A stretch of 64,000 bases of DNA. It comes from Tricharina praecox. Lineage: Eukaryota. Position numbers and translations under genes: made by a program. This document shows positions 50,260 to 64,000 of the stretch, piece by piece. Position 1 is the stretch's first letter. Every line of letters begins with the position of its first letter. The DNA lies in contig NW_026250424.1 in NCBI RefSeq assembly GCF_024521635.1, positions 372,001-436,000 on the forward strand, written 5' to 3'. Under the pieces are notes generated by a model. The model ran no database searches. It saw nothing but the letters and a program-made list of their open reading frames with translations, and was not told where the DNA came from.

Positions 50260-50869
50260 CTCCACGATCCCCTCGTGACAATTAGCCACCTCCAGTATCT
50301 TGGGAGTGGCTGGTTGTCTTGCGCGCATTCGGGTCCTATCGCTCGTTGTCATTGGTACCGTGAATGTGCGGACCATAGGTACTCTCATCAGACCGTTAAG
50401 TTTTCTGTTGGTTCTGCCGCCACTATCACGGTGGTTTGCCATTAACCTGCATGATCCCCTCGTGACAACCAGCCATCTCCAGTGTCTTGGGAGTGGCTGG
50501 TTGTCTTGCGGACCATAGGTACTCTCATCAGACCGTAAAGTTTTCTGTTGGTTCTGCCGCCACTATCACGGTGGTTTGCCATTAACCTGCATGATCCCCT
50601 CGTGACAACCAGCCATCTCCAGTGTCTTGGGAGTGGCTGGTTGTCTTGCGGACCATAGGTACTCCCATCAGACCGTAAAGTTTTCTGTTGGTTCTGCCGC
50701 CACCATCACGGTGGTTTGCCATTAACCTGCATGATCCCCTCGTGACAACCAGCCATCTCCAGTGTCTTGGGAGTGGCTGGTTGTCTTGCGGACCATAGGT
50801 ACTCCCATCAGACCGTAAAATTTTCTGTTGGTTCTGCCGCCACCATCACAGTGGTTTGTCATTAACCTG
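50260..50869. repeat. 140-bp tandem array, 4 copies (first copy has 47 extra bp)
   Basis: ATTAACCTG recurs at 50441, 50581, 50721 and 50861; the copies are nearly identical. Confidence 0.97.
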
Positions 50870-51985
50870 ATTGATGACAAGATTGTTATATGCGTGGGAT
50901 AGTGCACGTGGAATCTTCGCACGACAGCATTGAAGGAGATTGTCGGCCGACGGTTGCATAGCGGCGTACCGTGGGCAAAAATGCGGCATGTGTACTGCAG
51001 GAACGTATACAGCCCAGGTTCCAACAAAACGCCTGTTGCGTTTCTCGTTCAAAAGTCACAATGTAGGTACATAATCAAGCCACACCGTCACTCATCGAAG
51101 GTTTTGCACATTGGTCATATTGGTAATATTTGCACGCGGCACGTCTCGAGAATCCTGTTTAATTTCCATACTTGCTTCTGCTTCTGTTGGTACGTCTAGC
51201 TGCTCAGTCATCCGCTGTGTTTTGCGAACCAACACCTAGAAGAAATAGGCTCACAATATTACTCGTACATTTCAACAACACCGTGAGTTGTGAGTATGGG
51301 TGATATCGTGTGATTAGCTGGAGTCCCGATTTGCCAATGGCGACTCCCCTTAGCCAGAATCGTCAAACACTGTGCCCCCATTGGTACCATGACTGCTGCT
51401 CACATTCCTGAGTGAAGGATACCGAGCACAGTCCCAATCGACATAAGTAGATTGCTTCTTCCATCTCAACTCACTGCCCTCAGGCAATGCCGGATCTCCG
51501 TGGAGCCAGATCCGGCGGAACTCCTCCAAGGAGGTCTCAACGCGATACGCAGGCACAAGCATCGAGGGATGCACATTTGACCTTCCTGCAGGCGTAGGAT
51601 TGAGGGAAACTCGTGGTGGATGGACGTTCTTCGTAAGGTGCGGATTACAAAGCTGTGTGCGTTTTGGCCTTGGTATGTAGATATTTTGAAGAATAACATG
51701 TACCTCGGCCATAATTAACTGGTACAAGCTGTAGTCCCCCCACTATCAATAGAGCAATTGATCCAAGCGGACGATGATTGGATGGCTGACGACCACTGAG
51801 AGTGTGCAACGCAAGTTCAAGGTCACGAGACAAAGCTCGCTTAGCGCGTCGCCCCTAACAACGAGTAAAGTGTGGACCCGTGCAATATTCCCTGACGTGT
51901 CGTGTCACTCAGTTCACCATCCACCTCGCACCACACTTTGAAGGGGCACCAGGAGAGGTTACCATCCTCGAAGTCTTCCACAATC

Positions 51986-53990
51986 ATGGCCATGAGGTAC
52001 AGTCCCTATTTCCGTCCGTACGCCGAGTTTTTTCTTCTTTTGCGACCCCGAGCTTATGCTTCCCAGAGTATCTTTTGACTTTCTCGTCTCGGGATTCAAA
52101 ATCGGCTGTTCCGTCTCACGCGATAGCCTTTCGTTCTCAACACTCGAAGCTCTACCATCACAGGAGTCGCTCCCATCGGGCCAGTCAGTACTCGTATCGA
52201 TCGTATGCGCTTTCCTCAGCTACGTGTTCTTCAAACAATGGAGGGCCTCCAGATTCAACGGCGTGCCGTATAGCGTTCCGATACCGGAGCAAGTAGACCC
52301 GGACTGGAAAGGAGAAGCCATGATGCACCCGTCCATCAAATCGAATACCGACTACTTGATCCAATGCTACGCGCCTGCCACCGGTGCATCACTCGGAAAG
52401 GTCACTCCTGCGTACCCCGAGGATATCGACGCTGCTATCAGGTCCTCCGCCGTTGCCCAGGTACAATGGGCCAAGACCTCGTTCGACGAACGTAGAAAGT
52501 TTTTGCGCACACTGCTGAAGTACATTCTTGACAACCAAGACCCCATCGCGGCTGTCGCTTGCTTGGACTCCGGAAAGACCAAGGTCGATGCCGCGTTCGG
52601 TGAAATTTTGGTCACAGCGGAGAAAATCAAATGGGTTCTCAACCACGGAGAGAAGGCTCTACTCCCGGAGAAGAGGGAGAATTCATGGCCGTTGCAGTGC
52701 TACAAGAAGGTAGAACTGAGGTATGAGCCGCTCGGTGTTGTTGCTGCATGTGTCTCCTGGAACTACCCTTTCCACAACCTTCTCGGCCCGATCATCAGCT
52801 CCACCTTCGCTGGTAACGGAATCATTGTCAAGGGCAGTGAACAGACTGCTTGGAGTTCGCAATACTATATTTCGATTGTCAAGGGAGCTCTTGTTGCCTG
52901 TGGCCATAGCCCGGACCTCGTTCACGTGAGTCTCCCGTGTTTTCGCTACCCTCACGAGTTTCTGGGGCTGATTTTCTCATAGTCGATCATGTGCTGGCCC
53001 GAAGTCGCACCTCACCTCACATCGCATCCCGGAATCGGACACATTACCTTCATTGGCTCCCGCCCTGTCGCACACCACGTCGCTGCCTCTGCCTCGAAAG
53101 TTCTGACTCCCCTCTGTATTGAGCTCGGCGGCAAAGACGCTGCCATCATCCTCGATGATACGGCCAACCTCCCATCTGTCGCTTCCATCCTCATGCGCGG
53201 TGTCTTTCAGTCATGTGGCCAAAACTGCGTCGGCATTGAACGTATCATCGCCACGCCTAAAGTCTATCCCACGCTCGTCTCCATCCTCGAATCTCGCATC
53301 AACAAGCTTCGCATCGGCTCCATCCTTGACGATGTTACCGGCGTCGACTGCGGCGCCGTCATTTCCGATGCCCACTTCTCACGCCTGGAAGCACTAGTCG
53401 AGCAAGCCGTTTCCCTAGGCGCACGCTGTCTCGCCGGTGGAAAGAAATACAACCATCCCAAGTACCCCAAAGGCCACTACTTCACGCCCACCCTCCTCGT
53501 CGACGTAACCCCCAGCATGGCCATCGCCCAGCACGAAGTTTTCGGTCCCATTTGCCTTCTCATGCGCGCCTCCGACGTCGGCGACGCGATCTCGATCGCC
53601 AACTCGACCGAGTACGCTCTCGGCGGCTCAGTGTTCGGGCGCAACCAGAAGGATCTCGACAGGGTCGCCAGGGAAATGCACTGCGGCATGGTGTCGATCA
53701 ATGATTTCGCCGTGTACTATCTCAACCAGAGTCTGCCCTTCGGAGGTGTCAAGGGAAGCGGATATGGACGGTTTGCGGGTGCCGAGGGGCTACGCAGTGT
53801 TTGTAACCTCAAGGCGGTGGCGCGAGACCGGTTCCCGAGGATCGCGAGCACGGCAATCCCGCCTGTCGTGGATTATCCGCTCAAGGATGGAGAGCGCGCA
53901 TGGAGGTTTACCAAGGGCCTTGTCGAGGTGGGCTATGGCGAGACGGTAATGCGCCGTGTGAAAGGAGTGGGGAAGCTGATGGGATTGTAA
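51986..53990 (+). CDS. MSC7: Msc7-type aldehyde dehydrogenase with an N-terminal membrane anchor
   Basis: IQCYAPATG, CLDSGKTKVDAAFGEILVTAEKIKW, YEPLGVVAACVSWNYPFHN, TFIGS, IELGGKDA (catalytic Glu), GQNCVG (catalytic Cys), EVFGP, LPFGGVKGSGYGRF; intron 52926-52982. The first micro-exon and start codon are tentative. Confidence 0.9.
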
Positions 53991-54298
53991 GTTGAAATTT
54001 TTTGAACGTGTAGGCTGTAGGCTTGTAGTATGATATGTACGTGGGTATAATTGTAATAGGGATAATAGAGCGTGGCTTCCACTGGCCTCAAATCAGAAAT
54101 CCGAGTGACTGCCGCGTGAGTAAAGCTTGGCTGTTTTGTTTAGAGTAGTACGGCCCTTTTTACCCTGGTGCCTGTCCTGTCTGGCCATACTGTTGCCCCG
54201 CTGTGCTGCCCCACCTCCGACTCACTCGCGCTTCTTCTCGCAAACGACAACCACCAACACTTTCCTCGTCTCCCAAACAGCACGACAGTCACGCCGCC

Positions 54299-55958
54299 AT
54301 GCTCGACGTTTTTGATTTCTTCGGCGACAAGGGGGCCACCCCCGAGAAAATCCGCGAGTCCCAGAGGAAGCGATTTGCGCCCGAAGAGGTAGTGGACCAG
54401 ATCATCGCGCTGGCGGAGGAGGCCAAGGCTGGTGAGTTCTCTTACTACTGCCGGTACACACATGGAAGAGTGGTCTGTGTCTGACGGACATGACATGGGA
54501 CAGCGCGATACAACGTTACCCAGAAGGGCGCGGAGGCCAACGCTGTGCAGAAGGAAATTGGTGCGAAGAAGAAGGTGCGTATCTTTCTTGCGATATGGAG
54601 CGGGAGAAATTGTGAGGGCTGATGTGAGGCGATACAGGCAAAGGAGGATGCTAGCGAACTTTTGGCCAAGAAGATTGCGCTTGAGAAGGAGAAAAAGGCG
54701 CTCGAGGCTATTGCGGACGAGAAGGAGAAGGAACTTCAGTCCAAGGTGGGCACAGTTGGGAACTATGTCCACGAGTCGGTTCCTGTTAGCAACAACGAGG
54801 TATGTTTGTTATACTGGAGGAGGAGGCGGGGTTTCGGGAATGGCAGGACTGATGTGGTGTGCAGGACAACAACGAGCTCATCCGCAGCTGGTGCCCGGAG
54901 GGCGTCAAGGTCGAGAAGCAGAACTGTCTCTCCCACCACGACGTTCTCGCACGTCTGGACGGCTACGAGTCCGAGCGCGGAGTGAAGGTTGTCGGACATC
55001 GCGGATACTTCCTGAAGCAGTGGGGAGTCTTCCTGAACCAGGCACTGATCAACTACGGCCTCGAATTCCTCTCCAGCAAGGGTTACACACCCCTACAGAC
55101 CCCGCAGTTCATGCTGAAGGACATGATGGCGAAGACCGCACAGCTGGAGCAATTCGATGAAGAGCTCTACAAGGTGATCGACGGCGACTCAAAGAACGAC
55201 AAATACCTCATCGCGACCTCAGAGCAGCCGATCTCGGCGCTGCACGCAGACGAGTGGTTGCAGGGCAAGGACCTTCTAATCCGCTACGCAGGCTTCTCAA
55301 CCTGCTACCGTCGTGAGGCCGGCGCCCATGGAAAGGACGCCTGGGGAATCTTCCGTGTCCACCAGTTCGAGAAGATCGAGCAGTTCGTCATCACTGACCC
55401 GGAGAAGTCCTGGGAGCAGTTCGACAAGATGATTGGATACTCGGAGGAATTCTACCAGTCCCTTGGACTTCCCTACCGTGTCGTCGCTATTGTTTCCGGT
55501 GCGCTGAACAACGCTGCGGCGAAGAAGTACGATCTCGAGGCATGGTTCCCGTTCCAGGGAGAGTACAAGGAGCTCGTCTCCTGCTCCAACTGCACAGACT
55601 ACCAGAGCAGGAATCTCAACATCCGCTTCGGTGCCGTCAGCCAGACCGGCGAAAGGAAACAGTATGTCCACTGCCTCAACTCGACCCTGTGTGCCACCGA
55701 GCGTGCGCTATGCTGTATCATGGAGAACTACCAGACCGAGGAGGTAATTCATCACCCCCACTTTCCCCATTTCCATGCACTTCTGACAAAAATATGTAAC
55801 CACAGGGCCTGAGAATCCCCGAGCCTCTGAGGAAGTACCTTCCCGGTGCTCCCGACTTCATCCCCTTCACCCAGGAGCTGGCTGCCAACAGCACGTCGAT
55901 GAAGCGAGGCGCTGGAAAGCCCAAGGCTGCTGCTGCTGCTCCTGCTGCTGCGAAATAG
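54299..55958 (+). CDS. SES1: Cytosolic seryl-tRNA synthetase, about 5 exons
   Basis: [39 protein letters not shown], motif 2 [41 protein letters not shown], motif 3 [16 protein letters not shown]. Confidence 0.98.
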
Positions 55959-56652
55959 ATATCCTCCCAAAATAAGATACATATTACCGTGCTCATCGGT
56001 GCTTACGCTTTCTAATGTGATGCGAAAACAAAAGGACAATCCGAAGTGGGTGATTTGTCTCTTCTCTTCTCTTTCCTTTCTATTCTTCTGTACATTATAG
56101 ACCTTATGGCTGGACCGTCGGATGCTGGAAAACATGCCGATAAATTTATCGTTTTCACTGGGCCAATTTGGAGACTGCATATAGAGGATTCTAAGCCATC
56201 ACTCTCGCGACACAATCAGCCGCAATGCCCCGTTATTTTACCCATTCACTCTCCCAGCACAATCAACTACAATGTCTCATTCACTCTCGCAGCACCATCG
56301 TCTGCAATGTCTCATGCACTCACCCATTCACTCACGCAGCACGAGTAGGCATCACTCTGTTTTATATACTCAAGTACTCACAACTTCTGGCCAATTTGGG
56401 CCATTGGAGGGCCTGAATTACTAAAGGATCAACTGCTGCTTCTTCCTGATGCTCTCAATTTCCCACGCTTAGGTATATGCTTCCGAACTCCATGACTATA
56501 TCAGACGTACCAACAAACCGAAAAAAGGTCATAACCCATCACACACATCCCATATTAGCACTTGCATATCCCTTTTTATCATTTCCAGGGTTCAATTGGA
56601 CAGGTAGGTATCTTCATCAGAGCATCGCCTTCCACGAAGCCCTCACCAATTC

Positions 56653-58016
<1,364 letters not shown>

Positions 58017-59097
58017 TATGGCGGTTGTTTGGTGGGATAGAGATGAATAAGTGCGAGGAGGATGTTGAGGGAGGAATTGAGGGGATAGAAGAGGAGGTGC
58101 GGGATGGAACAGCTTTATCTGGTCGGTTCACGAGGTGGGATTCGTGGCGGCGGCGGCGGAATGATGGTGGTGGGGTTGCTTCCAATCGGGTCACGTAAAG
58201 CCACAAGGGTCCGCGACTCCTACAAACAGCGCAAGGGTCAAAGTGGCAGTCTTGGCTGCAGATTGCAGTGACAGCGTCCCAGTAAGGGACCCGTTGCCGA
58301 ACTGCCTCTCCGGGGCGAAAGTCGCGGGGAGATCAACTTGGGGAGGTTCCGGTGGGGGCTCGGTTCTAGAGTCGTACGATTCCGGGGTCGGTATCTATTA
58401 TTTTATACACAGCCTCGCCCAACAAAACTCGGCTTCGTGGGGCCGCCATGTTGAGTTAACATGTCCGAGTACGTGCTATGCCCTATCCAAACCAGCGTCG
58501 GAGGCCTGTCTGTTGAGGGGTGGAGGATCCTGGCTGTTGAGTTCGAAGCTTCTTGGGAAAACAAATGTGGTGGCGAACTCGGGAGGCTGGGAAACAACGA
58601 CGAATGTTCCCAGCCTTCTTCTGATGAGTGATCGAATAATCGGCGCCGAGGTGTGAGGGTGAACATCATGATTAGTGCTCTTTGATTGAGCTTGAAGAAT
58701 GGACCCTTGGAATTGAAACTCGGAGGACGTCTTTGCCGTGCGTTTGAAGAATGGCAAGCCGCCCGAATACTTACTAACGACCCTGTAACATTAACTAGGT
58801 ACATGCGATTGAATCATTGCACCCGCCGGATGAAGTGGAGAGAAGTTTTCCAAGCTTCCTTCTTTTCTGCTCAGCATCGACCTTAGGACTCCAAGTTTTC
58901 TTCGGCGTTGGCCGAACCGGATATCAGAAGCAAGACATGAGTGATAGATAACCATAATTCGATCTGATTATGCATGCTTCCGACACGCCAAGACTTGCAA
59001 GCGGCGCCGGCGCGGCTCTGCGACTTTTTTCTGACCTTCTCAGGACGCCAAAGTTCGTCAGACATTTCCCACCAGCTTTCCTTGCGCAGCATCCACC

Positions 59098-62000
59098 ATG
59101 GTTAAGAAAGCGGTGTAAGTGGTTCTCCTGCCGTCGCACTCTCTCATACAGTGTCTCGAGAACTTGGTACTGATATTGGCACAGTGACAAGCGGATTCCC
59201 GACCTCATTCGCAATGGTGTTCAGGTACGAAGATTGCTCTCTCGTCTTCCCGTCTCAATTGTTTCTCTGTCGGTAATGGGGGCTAACTCAGAGCTTGCAT
59301 CATATAGGAGAAGAAGCGGTCTTTCTTTGTCGTCGTTGGCGATCGCGGTAAAGATGTAATTCTGAATCTCCACTACATTCTCGGCAGCGCCGATCCGAAG
59401 CAAAACAAATCCGTTCTCTGGGCCTACAAAAACAAGCTGCTCGGCTTCACCAGTCACCGCAAGAAGCGCGAAGCCAAGATCAAGAAGGAAGTCAAGCGTG
59501 GCATCCGAGAAGCCAACACCGAGGACCCCTTCGAACTCTTCATCTCCCTCACGGACATCCGCTATGTTTACTACAAAGAAACCGAAAAGATCCTCGGAAA
59601 CACATACGGAATGTGTATTCTCCAGGACTTTGAGGCGCTCACGCCGAATCTGCTAGCGCGAACGATCGAGACGGTCGAGGGTGGTGGGCTGGTCGTACTG
59701 TTGCTGAAGACCATGTCGAGTCTGAAGCAGCTGTACACCATGTCTATGGATGTACATTCGCGCTACAGGACGGAGGCACATGGCGATGTGGTTGCGCGGT
59801 TTAACGAGCGGTTCATTCTGTCTTTGAGCGATTGCGCGAACTGCTTGGTGGTGGACGACGAGTTGAACGTACTCCCGATTTCCGGAGGAAGGAATGTCCA
59901 GGCACTCCCGCCGGTGTCGAGCGCCGACGAGGCGCTGCGACCAGAGCAGAAGGAGCTGCAGGAGCTGAAGGAGAGCTTGGCAGATGTGCAGCCGTCCGGC
60001 TCGTTGGTCGAGATCACCAAGACTGTCGACCAGGCGAAAGCGGTCATGACGTTCGTTGATGCGATTGCGGACAAGTCTTTGAGGAGCACTGTGACGCTTA
60101 CAGCTGGTCGTGGTCGTGGAAAGTCGGCGGCTTTGGGACTTGCCATTGCCGCAGCTATCGCTTACGGATACTCCAACATCTTCATTACTTCGCCGTCGCC
60201 AGAGAACTTGAAGACTTTGTTTAGCTTCATCTTCAAAGGATTCGATGCGCTGAACTACAGTGACCACCTCGATTACGATATCATCCAGTCCACCAACCCG
60301 GCTTTCAACAAGGCCATCGTGCGTGTCAACGTTCACCGCCAACACAGACAGACTATCCAGTACATCCAGCCACAGGACGCACATGTTCTCGGTCAGGCAG
60401 AATTGGTGGTTATTGATGAAGCAGCGGCTATCCCACTGCCCCTGGTGAAGAAGCTTATGGGCCCCTACCTAGTCTTCATGGCATCTACAATCAACGGATA
60501 CGAGGGAACTGGACGGTCGTTGTCGTTGAAGCTGATCCAGCAACTTCGCGACCAGTCTCGCGGCGTCACCAAAGTAGCCTCGGAGGGCGTAACCACCGAT
60601 CGCGCCGGAAAGGCTGCCAAAGCCTCCGGCTCTGCCGTAGTAGGTGGTCGAACACTGCGAGAGGCGACCTTGGATGAGCCCATCCGTTACGCACCTGGCG
60701 ACCCAGTCGAGAAGTGGCTCAACAACCTTCTCTGCCTCGATGCCACCCTTCCTCCCAAGCGCAAGAACAACACTGGTACCCCATCACTGGACAAGTGCGA
60801 GCTGTTTGCCGTATCGCGCGACAGCTTATTCTCTTACCACCCTGTCTCCGAGCGCTTCCTCCAGAAGATGATGGCACTCTACGTTGCGTCTCACTACAAG
60901 AATTCCCCCAATGACCTCCAGCTCATGAGTGATGCTCCGGCCCACCAGCTGTTCGTCCTTTTGGCACCAGCAGAGGAGGGAAGTAACCACATTCCGGACC
61001 CACTGGTCGTTATCCAAGTTGCATTGGAGGGTCAGATCTCAAAGAAGAGCGTACAGGCCGCTCTAAGCCGAGGAAAGCGTGAGGGGGGTGACATGATCCC
61101 CTGGCTCGTGTCGCAGCAATTCCAGGATGAGGAGTTCGCCGGTCTCTCGGGAGCCCGAGTAGTGCGCATCGCGACCAATCCGGATTATGTGGGAATGGGC
61201 TACGGAAAGCGTGCACTGGACCTACTGACGGACTTCTACGAGGGCAAGTTCGCCAGTCTAGAGGAAGACAGCACATACATCGAGGACGAGATCGTCCGCG
61301 TCACCGACGAGGAGATCGAGAACTCGCAACTCCAAACCGATACCGTCAAAGTGCGGGATCCCAAATCGCTGCCACCACTGCTATTGAGACTATCCGAGAA
61401 ACGACCGGAACTTCTGGATTATCTCGGTGTAAGCTACGGTCTGACGGATCAACTCCACAAGTTCTGGAAGAAATCCGCCTTCGTCCCCGTGTACCTCCGT
61501 CAGACCGCCACCGAGCTCACCGGCGAGCACTCGTGCGTTATGATCAAGACCCTGGCGGACAAAGACAGTGCTTGGCTTGGAGCCTTCGCCACGGACTTCC
61601 GCAAGCGCTTCCTAGAGCTCCTCTCCTACGAGTTCCGAAAGTTCAACTACATGACCCCTCTCCTCGTGCTGGAATCCGCCAATGCCGGCGCAAAGCTGGC
61701 CGAAAAGTCGCCAGCGCAGCTAACAAAAGCCCAACTTGACGAACTCCTCTCTCCCTTCGACCTCAAGCGTCTGGAGTCCTACGCCGACAACATGCTCGAC
61801 TACCATGTAATTTTGGACATGGTCCCACAGATCGCAAATCTGCACTTCACTGGCCGGCTCAAGAACCTCGTCTCCATCTCGCCCATCCAAAGCGCAGTCC
61901 TTATGGCCATCGGCCTGCAACGGAAAACCCTCGAGGGCTTGGAGAAGGAACTCGGTGTCGGCAATGCTCAGGTTCTCTCCATGTTCCAGAAAATTATGCG

Positions 62001-62516
62001 GAAGGTCGCTACAGCGTTCCGCGAGCTGCTAAGCAAATCCATCGAGGAAACTCTACCAAAAGAGGCCCACAGGAAGAATGATGAGATGGACGTGGATGGT
62101 GGGGACGAGGCGAGAGAGTTTGCGCCCGTTGATGGAGAGCTGCGCGATGAGTTGGAGGAGGCGGGCGAGGAGGCGATGGAAGGCCTCAGGCTAAAGGAAC
62201 TGCAGAGGGAGATGGTTAATGAGCTGGATCTGTCGAAGTGAGCTCTATCCCTCCCTCCCCAAGATCTTTGTTTGAATCCCTGGTTTGCTGACAAGATGAT
62301 AGATATGAAATCCCCGCCGACAAAGGTGACTGGACAGAAGCCGAGAAGCAGATTCGGAAAGCGGCATCGTCGAAGTCGGAGGGACGGAGTACGATTGTTT
62401 CGGTAAAGACGGGCAAGTCAGCTGCGAAACGGAAGGCTGGCGAGAGCGCGGCGGAGATCTATGAGGAGGAGGTGGAGAAGTTTAAGAACAAGAAGCCGAA
62501 GAAGGGGAAGCGGTGA
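59098..62516 (+). CDS. KRE33: RNA cytidine acetyltransferase Kre33/NAT10
   Basis: MVKKAVDKRIPDLIRNGVQEKKRSFFVVVGD, QDFEALTPNLLARTIETVEGGG, Walker A AGRGRGKS, DEAAAIP, GYEGTGR, GNAT motif RIATNPDYVGMGYG; introns near 59115-59184, 59225-59307 and 62239-62302. Confidence 0.98.
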
Positions 62517-62770
62517 TCTTGATTATAGAAGCATGACGAAAAGTTTGGGTTGGGATTTGCTTTTGCCTGCTCTCTTGTTTATATATCTTGTCCTTCGCCG
62601 AAGGGATGTAATTACGTGATATCACGACTATTGCTAAGTGTGACCAGTTCTGTGATATGATGGTATGTATATGTGAAATATGTCTCTAAGCATCTACAAA
62701 CAATGTGTACAGCGGATCAACATGCTCCGGTAAGGAAGAAAACTCCCAACTCCTTCAACTTCAGAAGCGT

Positions 62771-64000
62771 TTAGTACTCGATCGTCCTCTTGATTCCGTC
62801 AAAGACCCCTGATACACAGTCATTAGCAACCATCCACTTCCGACGGTACGAGAGTACTGACTGGCAACGTCCGGAATTATCAGGTTCTCAAAAACCAACG
62901 GCATGGGAACATCCCACCCCGTAACCCTCGTCACCGGTGCCTCCAGTCTCAGAAAACACCTCTCCTGAACTTCGGCACCGACACTCTCCCCAATCCCGCC
63001 CGTCCTCGAGGCCTCATGAACCACGACACACCTCCCCGTCTTATTCACACTCGCCACGACCGTCTCTTTATCCCACGGATGAACAGTCCTCAAATCGATC
63101 ACTTCCACATCCACCCCCAATTTCTCCTTCGCCGCTTTTGCCGCAGCCTCACACGTATACAGCATCGTCCCGTAACTGATCAGCGTCACATCCTTCCCCT
63201 CCTGCACCACCTGCGCTTTGCCAATGGGGAGTGTGTACTCCCCCACCGGCACCTCCTCCACCGCGCCACGATACAGAACCTTCGGCTCCATGAACACCAC
63301 CGGATCACCACACCTCGCCGCCGCGATGAGCAATCCCTTCGCCTGCGCTGGGCCACGGGGTATCACTACCTTAACCCCCTGCATTCCGAGGAAAAACCCC
63401 TCGGGGCTTTGGGAGTGGTATAATCCTCCGTGCCCGACCGCACCGCACGGCATGCGAATCACCAGATTCCCACTATTGAATCCCTTCGCGCCGCCGCTCC
63501 TGTACCGCCACTTACTCGCCTCGTTATGCAGCTGATCGAACGCGGGGAACAGATAGTCCGCGAACTGGATCTCTGGCAGCGCGGTGTACCCGGACGCGGA
63601 GAGGCCAATCGCAAAGCCCATTATTCCCTGCTCCGTCAGCGGCGTGTTGAAGACTCGCTGCGAGCCGAAGCGGTCGAGCAGTGTGGTCGTGCACCGGAAC
63701 ACGCCGCCGAAGGATACGTCTTCGCCGAAGATTAGCGATTTCGAGTCCGTTTCGAGGATCGTGGATAGGGCGTCGTTGATCGCGCTGTAGAGGTTCATCC
63801 GCTTGGTTTTCGTCGATTTGACGGCCGAGGAGAGCTCCGGCGATGAGAGGCATTGTTGAGGTGTGTGAGACAGGCTGTGAATGGCATGGGTCAATCATCC
63901 AATCGAGACGGTGTTAGGAACACTTACTAGCTGGAGGCATTGAACTCGATGGGATGGTTGAGCTTTCGCTTTCCGGCAGAGAGGGCGGAGGAGCTATAGC
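62771..64000 (-). CDS. 2-oxoisovalerate (branched-chain keto acid) dehydrogenase E1 beta subunit, 5' end outside the window
   Basis: [83 protein letters not shown]; last exon ..[11 protein letters not shown]. Confidence 0.95.

Noticed and set aside
50260..50869. CRISPR-like or 5S rRNA array
   Set aside because: Whole units repeat with no unique spacers, there are no cas genes, the context is eukaryotic, and similarity to 5S is limited to GACCATAGG.
51350..51727. 125-aa minus-strand ORF with a protein-like C-terminal half
   Set aside because: No family motif, TTG start and ambiguous splice signals; could be a relic but is unsupported.
58403..58950. Small gene or ncRNA between ERG10 and KRE33 (TACTAAC and GTAAGT-like motifs)
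   Set aside because: I could not assemble a coherent spliced ORF, snRNA or C/D architecture.

Overview
Eukaryotic DNA from a filamentous ascomycete (short GT-AG introns with CTRAC-type branch sites; Pezizomycotina-type gene set). It is not bacterial or phage, and I see no CRISPR array, tRNA, rRNA or intact transposon. About 15 intron-containing protein genes can be assembled by hand: a ZFYVE19/ANCHR-like zinc-finger protein, hypothetical genes, vezatin, Sdc1/Dpy-30, RPS13, a GprM-like 7TM receptor, Eaf6, Bub2, a secreted type-B carboxylesterase, an Msc7-type aldehyde dehydrogenase, cytosolic SerRS, Erg10 thiolase, Kre33/NAT10 and the 3' part of BCKDH E1-beta. The window has three regimes: gene-sparse with 4-9 kb repeat-rich spacers (about 4-42 kb), a strip containing gene relics (about 45-52 kb), and a compact housekeeping block (52-64 kb). 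The best observations outside the ORF track are an intronic box C/D snoRNA (snR48-like, 25S Gm2791) in a non-coding host transcript divergent from RPS13; roughly 50 copies of a dispersed TACTCTA/TAGAGTA heptamer in the spacers; a 140-bp hairpin-bearing tandem array; and a stop-riddled 5' extension of the gene at 1.8-2.8 kb. All product names come from motif recognition by eye, not from database searches.
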